A DNA stretch of 64,000 nucleotides from Okamejei kenojei (Eukaryota): the NCBI GenBank assembly GCA_035221665.1, contig CM069135.1:90396001-90460000 (forward strand), read 5' to 3'. The translations under genes and the position numbers were made by a program. Below the pieces are notes generated by a model. It saw only the letters and a list, made by a program, of their open reading frames with translations. It ran no database searches and was not told the DNA's origin. Below are positions 9,738-23,881 of this stretch, piece by piece (the first letter of the stretch is position 1; every line of letters starts with the position of its first letter).

Positions 9738-12700
9738 TTTATTACGGACTCAAGGTCCAGACAAGGGGCAACATTACATTAAAAATGCATTGCATCTCAA
9801 ATACCATAAATATATATAAAATCATGGTAAATCACATAAAAAATATCATTTATATATTAAAAAAAAAAAAAACCACAATACTTAATGTAGATGGTTTTAT
9901 ATGCAACCAATAATATAGTTACCTCACTCCCATTAACCCCGCCCAGTTAACATCAATCATAACGCCTTCCCCTCAGTAGAAAAAATGTAGCCTGCTTGAA
10001 GGTGTATGTATACCCAGTGCTATCATTAAAAGATGTTGTACACTTAAGACCTTGTAAAGTTTTCATTTACATGGTGTCGAAGCTGGAAGATACTTGCGTC
10101 TCCTGTTTATCGGTTTTTTTATTTCTTTTTTTTGATTTGTGTTTTTTGTGCTTTGATCTCTTTGGCCATGGCGTCCTCTTGCAGAAGCCGAGCAACTTTG
10201 TCTTTGATGCTGACATCTCTGAGCGCTGGGCCACGTTTGAATTTGATTTCACACACTTTGTCACGTCGCACACCGCGCTGATCCTGACTCCCTTAAAGCT
10301 TCCCTCCTCCTCAACCTTGTCGACCTGATGCCATGAAGAGAAGCCAGAACTTTCACCTACGCTCCAGCGGTCCCTGGGTGTCGATGGTGCGGGGATTACT
10401 CCTGCAGAGTCTGCTGACGACACCCGCTTGCCTGCTACGTAAGTTCAGGAGATTTGTGACCTGCCCTCGAACCGCATTCTAGAGAGGGCACGGTTCTTTA
10501 CGAGGAACAGTTTTGCCTGATGAACTGTTGAATGATTTATTGCTGATTTGCGTTATCTCGCCCAGCGGTGCCGTTTTGGCGACATGACAGACCAGCTCAC
10601 TAAGACATTTTAGTAACTGGCATGCGTGACCAAAGCTGCGATGTGAGCTTTTGAGGGATCCGGATCTAACGTTGGACAAGGCTATGCAGCCTGCAGATTG
10701 TCTGAGTGTTTTGCAAGAGGACCACCGGGATTTGGGCAATAAATCTGTCAACCTGGCTGGTTTAGGAGCCCACAGCCTCGGGTGGGAAACAATGTTTTTC
10801 TGCCGCGTGCCCGCCCTGGACCTGGCGATGTGCCCCGAAAAAGATGCCGAACTGTAACTACATGCACCATAGACTGTCGACGTGTCCCGCCTCTGGTAAA
10901 ACCGTAACTTTGTAAAACTTGAACCATTTTCTCAGCCTCCTGTCGCATACTCCGTTCCCGTGGGAGCCAGGCACAAGCTTCCAGTCCCATCTAAACATGC
11001 TGGCCCAATCTGATCTCTGTTTCGACTCACAGCCCAATTTAGTTGAGTGCAATGGTGCGGAGCCAATTAATTCTGCCGAGGACTCTCATGTGTTTACCCT
11101 CCTACAGACACACCCGCCCACCGCAATGATCCCTCCGTACCTGTGACTGTCAATGCGTAACCTTCTCTGCCAAATTAGATACTGGCGCGAGAGTCATGTT
11201 TTGTCCATGAATCTTTTCAACAAGATAAGGAGTAATGAGCCTCTGGTTGTTGACGATGCTACCCTGCACGCCTATGGTGGAGAGATTCTAAGGCCTGCGG
11301 GGAGGGCCACTTTAACTTGCGTGCTGCAAAAGGCCACAAAAACCTGGTTTTCTATGTTTTGAACTCTGACTGTGTAACCCTGTTGGGCAACCGTGCGTGC
11401 CAGGATCTTGGCCTGGTCTCCTTTGACCGCACGGTCCCACAAAGTGGCAACTCTCGTTTGACCCGGTTGCTGAATACCAGGACCTGTTCGACGAGACCTG
11501 GGGAAGTTACCAGTGTCAATACCATATTTCCATTGACCCAAATATACAACCCGTGGTCCGCGCACCTCACAGGGTGTCTCACGCCATGAAGGACAAGGTC
11601 GAGGCGATGCTCAACGAGATGGTCGAAAAGGGGGTGCTAGTAGCAGTTAGCGAGCCCACCGATTGGGCATGTTTTCACCCCTAACGGACTAAAGCCCGAC
11701 CCCTTGAAGGCCGCTGCCATCTCCGAAATGCAGCCCCCACCGACGTGCCAGGTCTGCAACGATTCTTGGGCATGGTGAACTACCTTGGCAAGTTTATACC
11801 AACCTCAGTGAGCTGAGTGCTCCCCTGCGGAAACACTTCTCCACTTTTGGGACCCCGGTCAGGCTGCAGACTGACAACGGCAGGCAGTTTACAAGCCGAG
11901 AATTCAAAAGCTTTGCCGACAAGTGGAACTTTGTGCATTTCACCAGCAGCCCAGAGTACCCACAGAGCAACGGCCTAGCAGAACGGGCCGTCCGCAGCGC
12001 CAAGCTTCTGATGGAACAGGCGCGACTATCCAATTCTGATTTGTATTTGGATCTCCTGAACCTCAGGAATGTTTCCAGGGGATCCGGCCATGGGGTCCCC
12101 TGCTCAGCGTCTGATGTCCAGAACTACCAGATCCACCGTCCCGATTGCCCAGCGCCAGCTGAAACCTCGGGTGCTGGAGCCCGCCTCCGTGCAGAGGCGA
12201 ATTCAAGAGAAACATGACAGCCAGCGGCGTTCCCACGATCGGTCGTGCAGACCACTCGATCCTCTGTTGCCCGGGACAGGTTGTTCGTTTGCAGACCGCC
12301 AGTGGGCACTACCGTCTGGCCACCGTGGTTGGGGTGGCCGACTCACCTCGTTCGTATCTGGTCGACTGTGAGGGTTCCATCTACCGAAGGAGCCGACAAC
12401 ACCTGCTTGCGGTCAATGAGCCACAGCCGCAGCCCCCTGGGCCCTATGCCCCTCCACTCTCCTATCAGCAGCCGGCTGCCGCCCCGGCTGGTGTTCCCTG
12501 CATGCCTCGGTCCCCGTCGCGGGCGCCTGGTTCCCCTCTGCGCGGGTCCCCTGTTGCCGATCGCGGTTCTCCCTCTCCTGTTCTCCCACCCCAATGCCCT
12601 TCCCTGGTTCCTCGGCTGCCTTGCGTCCTCCTGCTTCTTCTGCTCTTTCGGGGGAGGGGGAGACATCCGTACGCGCTCGGGCAGGATCAGTAAGCCGCCT

Positions 12701-13150
12701 GTTCGCTACGGCGATTTCGTTTAATTCTGCTGTTTAATTCGGTTTGTCGTGACAACAATCTGTTTTTTTGATTTCTAAGGGGAAGGATGTAGATGGTTTA
12801 TATGCAACCAATAATATAGTTACCTCACTCCCATTAACCCCGCCCAGTTAACATCAAATCATAACGCCTTCCCCTCAGTAGAAAAATGTAGCCGGTGCTT
12901 GAAGGTGTGTGTAATACCAGTGCTATCATTAAAATATGTTGTACACTTAAGAGCTTGTAAAGTTTTCATTACACTTAAGTTAAAAATCCAGAGTAAAAAA
13001 TGATCAATGTCGTACAACGAGACAACGATACCAGTGTCTCCACAACTGGGATTCGTAGCGTGTAGTGCTAACCCTTATGTTTGTCGAGGCCACAATAAGC
13101 ACATTTTTAGAGTCATTTATCCTGCAAATGAATTTATACATGTGGTGTCT
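9691..13150 (-). mobile_element. 5'-truncated RTE-X-like LINE 3' end with (TTA)n tail, split by the Gypsy insertion
   Basis: (TAA)n at 9691-9736; the minus ORF end LRHHMYKFICRINDSKNVLIVA...SQLWRHW resembles RTE-X C-termini. Confidence 0.55.
9886..12973 (+). mobile_element. Internally deleted Gypsy LTR retrotransposon (Mag-like)
   Basis: 186-bp TG...CA LTRs at 9886-10071 and 12788-12973; 5-bp TSD CTTAA; PBS TGGTGTC at 10072; PPT aaggggaagga; remnants of gag with zinc knuckle, protease LDTGA, RT pieces and integrase TDNGRQF...YPQSNGLAER. Confidence 0.93.
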
Positions 13151-13985
13151 TAGGATAGCTTCTAGGGTGAACAGGGTGAACGCACAGAGTCTTTTAATCA
13201 AGGCAAGAGAACCAAGAACCTGTGGCATAGTTTTAAGATGAGGGGGACTATTTAATAGGAATCTGAGGGACAACATTTTCATTCAGATGGTGGTGGATAT
13301 ATGGAATGAGCTGGCTGAGAAGATAGATGAGGCAGGTACAATAACAACATTTAAAAGACAGTTGGAAAGGCACTGGATAGAAAAGACTGAGGGATATGGG
13401 GCACATGCGGGCAAATGGGATTTGCTTAGAGGGGCATCTAGGCCAGCATGAATGAGTTGAGCAGAGCTTTCCATGCTCTACTGATTATCTTTTTTTTTTT
13501 TAATTGATGAAAATGAACAAGTGGATATGATGTATTTAGATGTTTGTGAGGTTTTCAAAAAGAAGCCAGGTGGGAGATTGATGAACAAAGCAGAGCACAT
13601 GGAATTGTGGATAAAGATAACATGAATGAAAGTTGGTTAATAGAGGGGAGAGTACAAATATTTTAGGCCATCTTCAGCTTGGCAGGTTGACTAGTGAGGT
13701 ATGACAGGAAAAGGTGCTTGGGACCAACTAGTCAACTATTAACAAATTACATGCTTTGTCAGCAATGACATTAGCTTCAATTGTGTAGATTTTTATTACA
13801 ACGATTATCCATCTGTAATAATGACTCAATTTATCTCTCTCCATTCACACTGCCTGCTGAGCATTTCCTAGAGCTCTGCATTTCATTTTTTTTGAATGTT
13901 CCTTTGCTTTTCTCTCTGGAATCAGTGTTATTTCTCTCTTTCTCCAACTGTGTTTTTTTAACCTGTCCACTAGATGGCTTCATCA

Positions 13986-14216
<231 letters not shown>

Positions 14217-15186
14217 TCAATTTAACTTTCTGATGGACGAGCATTAACCTGTAACGGTGACATCATTCATCTCTCCACAGACATCATCTGCTGAGTATTT
14301 CCAGCATTTTCTGATTTCATTATCAACTTGGATTTGTCTGTCCTGTTACATGCCCATTGCTAACCTAACAACGGGCATCACGTCCCCTCTTCAACCCAAT
14401 CCACCGTTAATCCCCCGTGAGGAATGAAAAGGACATGCTCATAGCGCTGTGCCAAAGCACTCTTGAATCAGTGTATGCAATGTGTACAGGAGCAATGCAG
14501 ATTGATTCTCTTCCCGCGGACATTTCTCTCCATTTTTCTTACTGTGAATCTATTGCAACAGGTTAATTTATTATTTACATGAATGCAAACAGAAAACACA
14601 TTAAGACTGAAAATCAAACACCAAACACAGATACTGGAAATAGTTTAGTTTAAGATAGGCACAAAACACTGGAGTAACTCAGCAGTTCAGGCAGCATCTC
14701 TGGAGAAAAGGAATATGTGTCGATTCTCCAGAGATGCTGCCTGACCGGCTGAGTTACTCCAGCATGTTCTGTCTTTCATCAGTGGAAACCAGCATCTGCA
14801 GTTCCTTCCTACACAATAGTTTGGTTTAATTTATTGACACATGAAAAACTTTTGTTGGGTCCCAACCAGTCGGTGGAAAGACAAGACATGATTACAATCG
14901 AGCCATCCACAGTGAACAGATACATGATAAAGGGAATAATGTTTACTCGAAGTTTCGTTCAAATACAATGTAATAAAACAGAAAATGATGGAAAGGAAAA
15001 CAGTTTACGTTTCAGGGAAAACTTTTCCATCAGAACTAGGAAAGAGAGAGAGAGCAAGTGAGTTTTAAGTTGCAAAGAGAAAAGAGGATGGATGGGTAGA
15101 GCAAAAGAAATTGAACGATGAGCCTTGAGTTGCCGCAGTGATAAGTTGTTGATGAAACCATCTAGTGGACAGGTTAAAAAAAAAAA

Positions 15187-16170
15187 GTGTAAGAAAGAAC
15201 TGCAGATAGAAACAAAACAGGAAAAAGATAGAATGTAGTCGGAGACAGTTAGACTAGTGGGAGAACTGGGAAGGGGACGGAGAGAGAAAGCAAGGGCTAT
15301 CTAAAGTTAGAGAAGTCAATGTTCATACCGCTGGGGTATAAACTACTCAAGCAAAATATGAGGAGCTGTTCCTCCAATTAGTGCTGGGCCTCACTCTGGC
15401 AATGGAGGACAGAGTGAGGCCCGGGACAGAATGGTCAGATTGGAAATGGGAATGGGAGGTTGAAGTGCTGAGCCATCGAGAGATCAGGTAGGTTAAGACA
15501 GACTGAGCAAACGTGTTCAGTGAAACGATCGCCGAGCCTGTGCTTGGTCTCTTGACGCCTGGAACAGTGGATACGGTATATGAGGTTGGAGGAGGTGCAA
15601 GTGAACCTCTGCCTCATCTGGAAGACGGTTTGGGTTCTTGGATGGAATCGAGGGGGGAGGTAAAGGCACAGGTGTTGCATCTCCTGCGGTTGCAGGGGAA
15701 AGAATCTGGGGAGAGGGTGGTTTGGGTGGGAAGGGACGAGTTGACCAGGGAGTTTCGGAGGGAACGGTCTCTTCAGAAAACAGAAAGGGGTGGAGATGGG
15801 AAGATGTGGCCAGTTGAGGGATCCAATTGGAGGTGGCGAACATGTTGGAGGATTATATGCTGTATGCGGTGGCTGATGGGGTGGAAGGTGAGGACAAAGG
15901 GGACTCTGTCCTTGTTATGAATGGGGGGAGGGGGAGTAAGAGCAGAGCTGTGGGATATCGAGGAGACCCCAGTGAGAGCCTCATCTATAATGGAAGAGGG
16001 GAACCCCCGTTTCCTAACGAATGGCAACATCGCTGATGCCCTGGTATGGAACACCTCATTCTGGATGGTGCATACGGAGGAATTGGGAGTAGGGGATAGA
16101 GTCTTTACTGGAAGCAGGGTGGGAAGAAGTGTAGTCAAGATAGCTGTGGGAGTCAGTAGGTTTGTAGTAG
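15187..16170 (-). mobile_element. Penelope-like retroelement 3' part (RT C-terminus and GIY-YIG endonuclease)
   Basis: RGFPSSII...RVPFVLTFHP...; QRFTCTSSNLIYRIHCSR...ETKHRLGDRFTEH...AQHFN. It is inserted into an older Penelope-like copy (~14960-16870). Confidence 0.85.
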
Positions 16171-18841
16171 AAAGTACAGTTGAAGAAAGAGAAAAACAAC
16201 AGAACGTACTGTGTAAAAAACGTGAAACGTAGAGCTATAGGAAATGCCCAGCAGATAGTGCCTATGGCGGGATTAACAGATTAACAGATAAACTGTGTCA
16301 ATATTTTAGATGGATAATCTGCAGCAGAAATAACCAGTTCTGACAAGTCAGGGAAAAGCAAGTTACCTAAAATGGTTCAATTCAGCATGGAGTTCAGAAG
16401 GCTGCAAATGTGTCCATGTGGAGGATGAGGTGCTGCCCCTCAAGTATGTTTTGTGCCTTGTTATAATTGCACAGCAGGTCACGGAGAGGCAGTCAAATGG
16501 CGTTGGATGGAGAATCAAAGTGACAGGCAACTGGAAGCTGGAAGAAGGGTCTCGACCCGAAACGTCACCTATTCTTTTTCTTCAGAGATATGCCTGACCT
16601 TCTGAGTTACTCCAGCATTTTGTGCCTTTTTGTGTATTAACCAGCATCTGCAGTTCTTTGTTTCTACATGGAAGCTCATTCCAATCACCAGATCTATGTT
16701 TGCTGTCTGCAAAGCAGAGGCTGTTAAAAATGCACAACACCAAAATAAGAGAAGTGCTAGTGAATCATTGTTTCATCTGAAAGGACTGTTCAGGCTTGTT
16801 TGGGCTTCTGAAGTGTGAAAGGGTAAAAGTAAGAGGACTTATATTGCATCTCCAATGATTCTATAGGGAAGTACCGAATATTATGAATGGAAGTTGTTAC
16901 GATCACTGTGAAAATGTAGACTGGTACAGCAAATGTTTCATAACTAACCATATTAATGCAATTTACTAATTGCATTCATATCCATATCTATATGTATCGC
17001 TCACACATTTTATTTTCATGAAACACCCTCATAGATAAAAATTAGCCAAGTTAAAATCATGATAGAGCATAGTACTCCACCAGTCACAAGTAGTATAGTG
17101 CGAGGTTTTAATGCAATATGCTATGTGCAACAATAACAATTAGTTTAATGTAACATTAAGTATATATTTATTGTGGCCAGCACAATATCAACAGCATAAT
17201 ATTAAAATTTATATTGTAGCACCAAACACCAGGTTTAATAGAATTAACAGTAATGTTCTACAGAAACATCACCCATTCTTCTATAACTCCAGCATCTGTG
17301 TCTTTCTTCGGTGTAACCATTCCATCCTATGAATGTCAATACTAGCTATGTGCAACATTAGCAACAATAACTCTGTTTGTTATTAGTTAGTTTGATCTAA
17401 CTCTGGACATACAAAAGTATTATATATTCACAGGCAAACATGACACGCAACTAAGTAAGAATATTTTTGTGGGTTATTTAAAAATCCAATTTTAAATAGA
17501 TTTTAGTTTTAATATAGACCCTTTACCATCCTGCTCCACGCACATTATTCTATCCTACACACACCCACAATTTAAATACCAAACCAATTACTTTTTCAAT
17601 TTGGAGACGAGGAGAACGTACAAAATCATAGTCGGATAACCTCAAACATATGCCAAATAAAGGCCAAGGAAACAATTTCAGAACTCTCAAAGTTTACTTA
17701 CACTGCTTTATTTTCTACTGATAATATAACTACTGTTACTGTCCAGTAAATGTGTTGATTCAGATTTAGTACTTGTATGGATCACTAGATCATTATCTGG
17801 ATATTATGGAGAATTACGCAACTTTATGCATGGGCCATGGGCAAAGTTTACATGTCAGTGACTCAGTGGCAGGTAATCGGGAAGTAAAATATCCAAATTT
17901 TATACAGTTGTTAAACATTCTGGAGTGTGCAAAAATACCAATTGTAGGATAATATTTGGACAGAAGTTGAAATGTCATAAATATTTAGACAATAGACAAA
18001 TGGCAGAGTAGGCCATTCAGCCCTTCGAACCATTCAATGTGACCATGGCTGATCATCCACAAGTAGTACCCCGTTCCTGCCTTAAAAGATTGTCTTTACT
18101 ATTTTTGAACACCATGTTTTGAAATATTTATTTGTAGGACGCACAATTCCTCTGAATGAAATTAATTTATTTTGGGTCGTATTGTTAAGCAACATAATAT
18201 CCCAATATCCCCTGTACTTCATACCGTAACTGATGAAAGTCAACAAGCCAATACCTTCTTCACCACACTGTCTACATGTGATGCTGCTTTCAGGGAGCTA
18301 AGCACTTCTACATCAAGATCTCTCTGCTCTACAACACTCCCCAGTGTCCTACCACTAACCTAAATGATTGTCCTAAATGATAGATGTCCTATCATTCACT
18401 GTGAAAGCCCTCCACTGGTTTCACTTCCAAACTCCAATACCTGCTTTGAGCACCTTTGCCTACTTTCCTAGCTGACCAAGATGCTGCTGCTATCGTTGAT
18501 AACCATCTTCACTGTATGATAATGCCTATTTTTATGCTATTTTTTTGGAAATTATTAACTATTCCTACATTCTCATACAGATTGTTTGTATAATTGACGA
18601 ACGGCAATAGACCAAGCACCAATCATGAGTCATAGATCTCCAGTCCGAGACACGACCTTCCACCGTCACCCTCTGCTTTCTACCATCAAGCCAATTATGT
18701 GTCCCCTTAGCAAACTCTCAATGGATACTATGCGATCTAACCTTCCAGGATAGCTAACTGTGCGGGACTCTGTCAAAGGTCTTGCTAAAGTCCATATAGA
18801 AAATGTCCTCCATTTGCCCTCATAAAGCCCTCTTCAAAAAA

Positions 18842-19151
18842 GGGGTGGCACAATGGCGCAGCGGTAGGGTTGCTGCCTTACAGTTCCAGAGACCTGGACA
18901 CAATTCTGACCATGGGTGCTGTCTGCACGGAGTTCGTATGTTCTCCCCGGGACCTGCACGGGTTTTCTCCAGGCTCTCCAGTTTCTTTCCACACTTCAAA
19001 GACGTACATCTTTATTGGCTTTGGTAAAATTGTGAATTCTCCCTTGTGTGTGTAGGATAGTGTCAGTGTGCAGGGATCACTGGTCAGCATGGACTCCACT
19101 GGTCAAAGGGCCTGTTACTACGCTGTATCTCTGAACCAAACTAAACTAAAC
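18842..19151 (+). mobile_element. HE1-like V-SINE
   Basis: tggcgcagcggtagg head, conserved core, (CTAAA)n tail. Confidence 0.8.
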
Positions 19152-19769
19152 TCTTAACAGGTATGTGAAATGACACTATGACGTGACACCCACCACAGTG
19201 TGTGAGGCTGTCTTCATTCAGGTCTATGTGTATTTTCAACAGTATGTTAAGTGTTAGTTACAAGTAAATAACTCTCTAGCACTGGAAACAAATATCATTC
19301 CCTCATATATTAATTTGTTGGACTTTTCAAATAAGTTACCTTTTTCTCTCACAAGTTTTCTGTGTTTTCCTTCCATCTAATTGCATTCTGAACATAATTT
19401 CCCATTGAATTTTCGCAACTCATTTGATTTGCTGTCAGGTCACGAGCTCCAAAGTGATATTATAGAATTAGCTGCCCGTTGATCATGTTTCCTCTACTTT
19501 TCTCTGGAACATATACTTCTAAGGGGAGACCTATGAAGGAATGGCATGGATAGGTTAGAGAGTCGAACCACGAGGGTGGAAGTGACTAGGACTAGTGGGC
19601 AGAGCTTTAAGTTGAGAGGGGCAAAGTTCAAAGGAGATGAGAGCAACATGTTTTTACAAAGATGGTGGGGTTGAAGGGAATGCCCCTGATGCTTAGGGGA
19701 ATGGTGGAGACAGATACTATAGTGTCATTTGAGAGGCATTTGGATTTGGAGGGATATGGATCACATAGA

Positions 19770-21130
19770 TACTTAAACATTAAGTGCAGGAGTAGGCCAT
19801 AAGCATTGCTTAATGTGATCATGGTGATCATCCACAATCATTACCTGCTCCAGTCTTCTCCCAATCTTGACTTTAAGAATCAGAGAAGGGCCTCCACTGT
19901 GAGGCAGAGAATTCCACGGATACAACTCTCCGGGAGAAAAAGTTTTTCCTCATCTCTGTTCTAAAATGGCCTACCCCTTGTTCTTTGTGGCCCTGGGCTC
20001 CCCAACTAAATGTTTTCTGCCTCTAGCGTGTCCAATCCTTTAATAATCTTATATGTTTCAATAAGATCCCCTTTCATCCTAAATTCCAGTGTATACCAGC
20101 CCAGTCGCTCCAATCTTTCAACATATGGCAGTCCCGCCAACCCGGGAATTAACCTTGTGAACCTAACTATGCTGCACTCTCTCAATAGCAAGAATGCCCT
20201 TCCTCAAATTTGGAGACCAAAACTGCACGCAATACTCCAGGTGTGGTCTCACTGGGTCCCCGTACAACTGCAGAAGAACCTCTTTGCTCCTATACTCAAC
20301 TCCTTGTGTTATGAAGGCCAACATTAGCTCTCTTCATTGCCATTAGCTCTCTTCTCTGCCTGCTGTACCTGCATGCTTACTTTCAGTGACTGATGAACAA
20401 GGACCCTCAAATCTCCTCCTCCTACTTCCCCTCTTCCTACCACCATTCAGACAATAATCTGCCTTCCTGTTTTTGCCACCAAAGTGGATAACCTCACATT
20501 TATCCACATTAAACTGCATCTGCCATGCACATGCCCAAGTCAAATTGTCCTCCTGCAGAGATGCCAACCCTAAAAATTTAGTTGCAACCAATTTGTCCCT
20601 GCATTTCTCTCCCGTACTCACTATGCGCCTGCGCCAGAACACATGTGCCAGGTTGCCGGCGGGGTCTGCGCCTGCGCACTGGGTGGGGGTGGGGGTGGGG
20701 GGGGGAGGCCCGGGTGATGGGGCTGCGCGGCCGGCTGGCGGCAAGAAATGTGCCGCTGATGCACATGGCGTAACACCGGCGCGGCGGTGTTCCGTAACAG
20801 CATGTTTGGCTGCCGGAACACCGTAAAAAGGTTATTTCGCCGGGACAAAATACGGCGAATCCGGGACACTTGGCATCTCTGCACTACCACCCATCTTTTA
20901 ATCCCTTCATCTAAATCATTAATATATACGGTAAATAGCAGCGGTCCCAGCACCGAGCCTTGCGGTACCCCACTAGTCACTGCCTGCCATTCTGAAAGGG
21001 ACCCGTTAATCCCTACTCTTTATTTCCTGTCTGCCAACCAATTTTCTATCCATGTCAGTACCCTACCCCCAATACCTGGTGCTCAAATTTTGCTCACTAA
21101 TTTCCTATGTGGGACCTTATCAAAAGCTTA
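19770..21130 (-). mobile_element. CR1 LINE RT/3' fragment
   Basis: [25 protein letters not shown]; WQMQFNVDKCEVIHFG; GDLIETYKIIKG. Confidence 0.85.
20556..20881. mobile_element. MITE with 12-bp TIRs inserted in CR1
   Basis: CAGAGATGCCAA...TTGGCATCTCTG; no TSD visible. Confidence 0.65.
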
Positions 21131-21889
21131 TCACGTGCAGGTAGAGAAAATTAGTTGAACTTGTCATTGTGTTCAGGATGGATAGTGTGGGCTGAAGGGA
21201 CTGCTCTTATGCTCTGTTCTAGGCTCTATGTTTGATTGCTGATTCCATTGAGTTCCCATGGAAGAATGGGAATAGAACAATTGGTCAATACGATTGCATT
21301 CAACTCAGGTCAAGCTTGCCATATGCACATGTAAGTTGAGGTACAGGTACAATAGAAAATGTTCCTTGCAGCAGCATCACCGGCACAAAAGCTCAGACAA
21401 CACACAAAAACAAATTATACAGAAGTCGTGCATAAATTACAAATTACATTTCTAAAAGAAAGAAAACTATACAAATAGGCATTAGTGCAAAAGCATAAAT
21501 TGGGGAGAAAAGAAAGTCAATGTTAATGCAAGAGGTGGGTCACACTGTTATTGTAGGATTAGGTTGTATCATGAACCAACAGTAACAAAGACCTGCAGAT
21601 GCAGATTAACACACAAGAGGACACAAAGTGCCTGAGTAACTCAGCGAGTCAGGCAGCATCCCTGAGAACATGGATGGGAAACGTCTCGGGTCGAGACCCT
21701 TCTTCAAGAACCAGATGGTTGTAAGAACGTAGCTATTCCTGAACCTGCTGGTGAGAGACTTGAGGCCCCTGTACTTGCTGCATGTGGTGAAGGTCAAGCA
21801 AAATGATTAAAAACAATTGCACTAACTCAATTAAATTAAGAATGGAATCTACTGTTGTGGCAATTTATTCCAATTGAAATGTATCGGAT

Positions 21890-22195
21890 TAGTTTAGAGC
21901 TTAGAGATGCTGCATGGAAACAGGCCCTTCAGCCCACTGAATCCAAGCCGACCAACAATCACCATACACGAGTTCCTTGTTATCCAACTTTTGCATCCTA
22001 AACAATTTACAGAAGCCAGTTAACCTCCAAACCTGCACGTCTTTGGAATGTGGGAGGAAACCGGAGCACCCGGAGAAAACCCACATGATCACAAAGAGAA
22101 GTTACAAATTCCATACAGGCTGCACCCACAGTCAGGATCGAACCCGGGTCTCTGGCGCTGTAAGGCAGCGAATGTACTGCTACGCCACTGTGTCA
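21890..22195 (-). mobile_element. HE1-like V-SINE
   Basis: Same head, core and tail as the other copies. Confidence 0.8.
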
Positions 22196-22286
22196 CTGAC
22201 AGTGACTTGACTTGCCACGAGGTCACAGGGAAATCAGTTAGGTTTTGCCGCTTTCATTTTCATCCAGGAGTTCTGAACGTTTACTC

Positions 22287-22742
22287 CAGGGACCGGCAAC
22301 CTTGTTCTGCATAGGGGCCGGGACCCTTGTCTGTGAGCAGATGGCGGGCCACATCTATCACGTGTATACATGGATCCCGCCCACATCCTGCCCCGGATGG
22401 CAGGCATCAAATCACTGGTTCACAGGTAATCAAAAATGCTGGAGAAACTCAGCGGGTGAGGCAGCCTCATGCAATCCTTGCATGTTTCACCCACTGAGTT
22501 TCTCCTGCATTTTTGTCTACCTTCGATTTTTCCAGCTTCTGCAGTTCTTTCTTAAACATGTTCGCAGAAGGTGCGCGACCGTGCCGGCGGCTTTGCGCAG
22601 GATACGGTACAGCCAGAGCTCGGCCGCTGCTCGGGACGCTCAGTGGGCCGGATGATTACGGGGGAAAAAGTCCGTCTGCTGGCCGGATGATTTCAGGTTA
22701 TGGGCCGCATTCGGCCCAGGGGCTGTAGGTTGCCGACCCCTG
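22287..22742. mobile_element. hAT-Charlie-type MITE
   Basis: TIRs cagggaccggcaac / gttgccgacccctg; 8-bp TSD gtttactc / gtttattc with central TA. Confidence 0.8.
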
Positions 22743-23599
22743 GTTTATTCAGTTACTTAGGTCAAAAGCTGGTAATGCCAAATAGAATAGCCAGCTCTTA
22801 ATCAGATGATGTAAATTAATGAAATATCCTGAAGGAGAATAGAGATGAGATGCACAATGACAGATGAAGTTCATGTATGGAGATTAACAGGGAATTTATA
22901 GGAACATCAAAAAAAACTAAGCTTCTTCCTGGTATGATTATTGTTCAAGAAGAAAATATATTAAGTAATAGGATCTTTGATAAAACAAGATAATTAATTC
23001 CAATGCAAAGAAAGAACGTGCATTCATGTAAAAACCTTACAAAGTATTCCAAAGGCCTTTTTGAATAAACCAACAACAGAAATGTAATGTGTAGGAAAGG
23101 ACTGCAGATGCTGGGTTAAATCGAAGATAGACACAAAATGCTGGAGTAACTCAGAGTGACAGGCAGCATCTCTGGAGAGAATAAATGGGTGACGTTTCGG
23201 GTCGAGAAATGTAATAATGATCTAGTGAGATAAGGAACTGCAGATGCTGGAATCTGGAGCAAAACACAAATGGATGGAGGTGAGTCAGGCAACATCTATG
23301 GCGGGACAACGTTTCTTCAGTCTGAAGATGGGTCTAGACCCAAAATGCCATCTGTGCATTTCCTCCACAGATGCCGCCTGACCCATGGAGTTCTTCCAGC
23401 ACTTTGTGTTTTGTTCATGATAATGCTGAAACGTAGTAATGTTGAGTGAAGGATAAATATTAATCAGAATACCAAGAACAACTTTGTGGCTCTTAGTTGA
23501 AGATGATCCTTAACATCGTTTACATCTACCTGAAAACAAACTAATACACAATGAAAACAGGGACTGCAGTCGACTAAGGACTGCTTCTGTGAGCTCTTA

Positions 23600-23881
<282 letters not shown>

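Noticed and set aside
18842-18920. tRNA-like A/B boxes here and in five similar copies
   Set aside because: These are SINE heads followed by SINE core and LINE-derived tail, not tRNA genes.
17400-20550. Unusually dense small deletions in SINE/CR1 copies (also frameshifts in the 9886-12973 Gypsy)
   Set aside because: The pattern resembles under-polished long-read consensus error; it cannot be called biological without reads.
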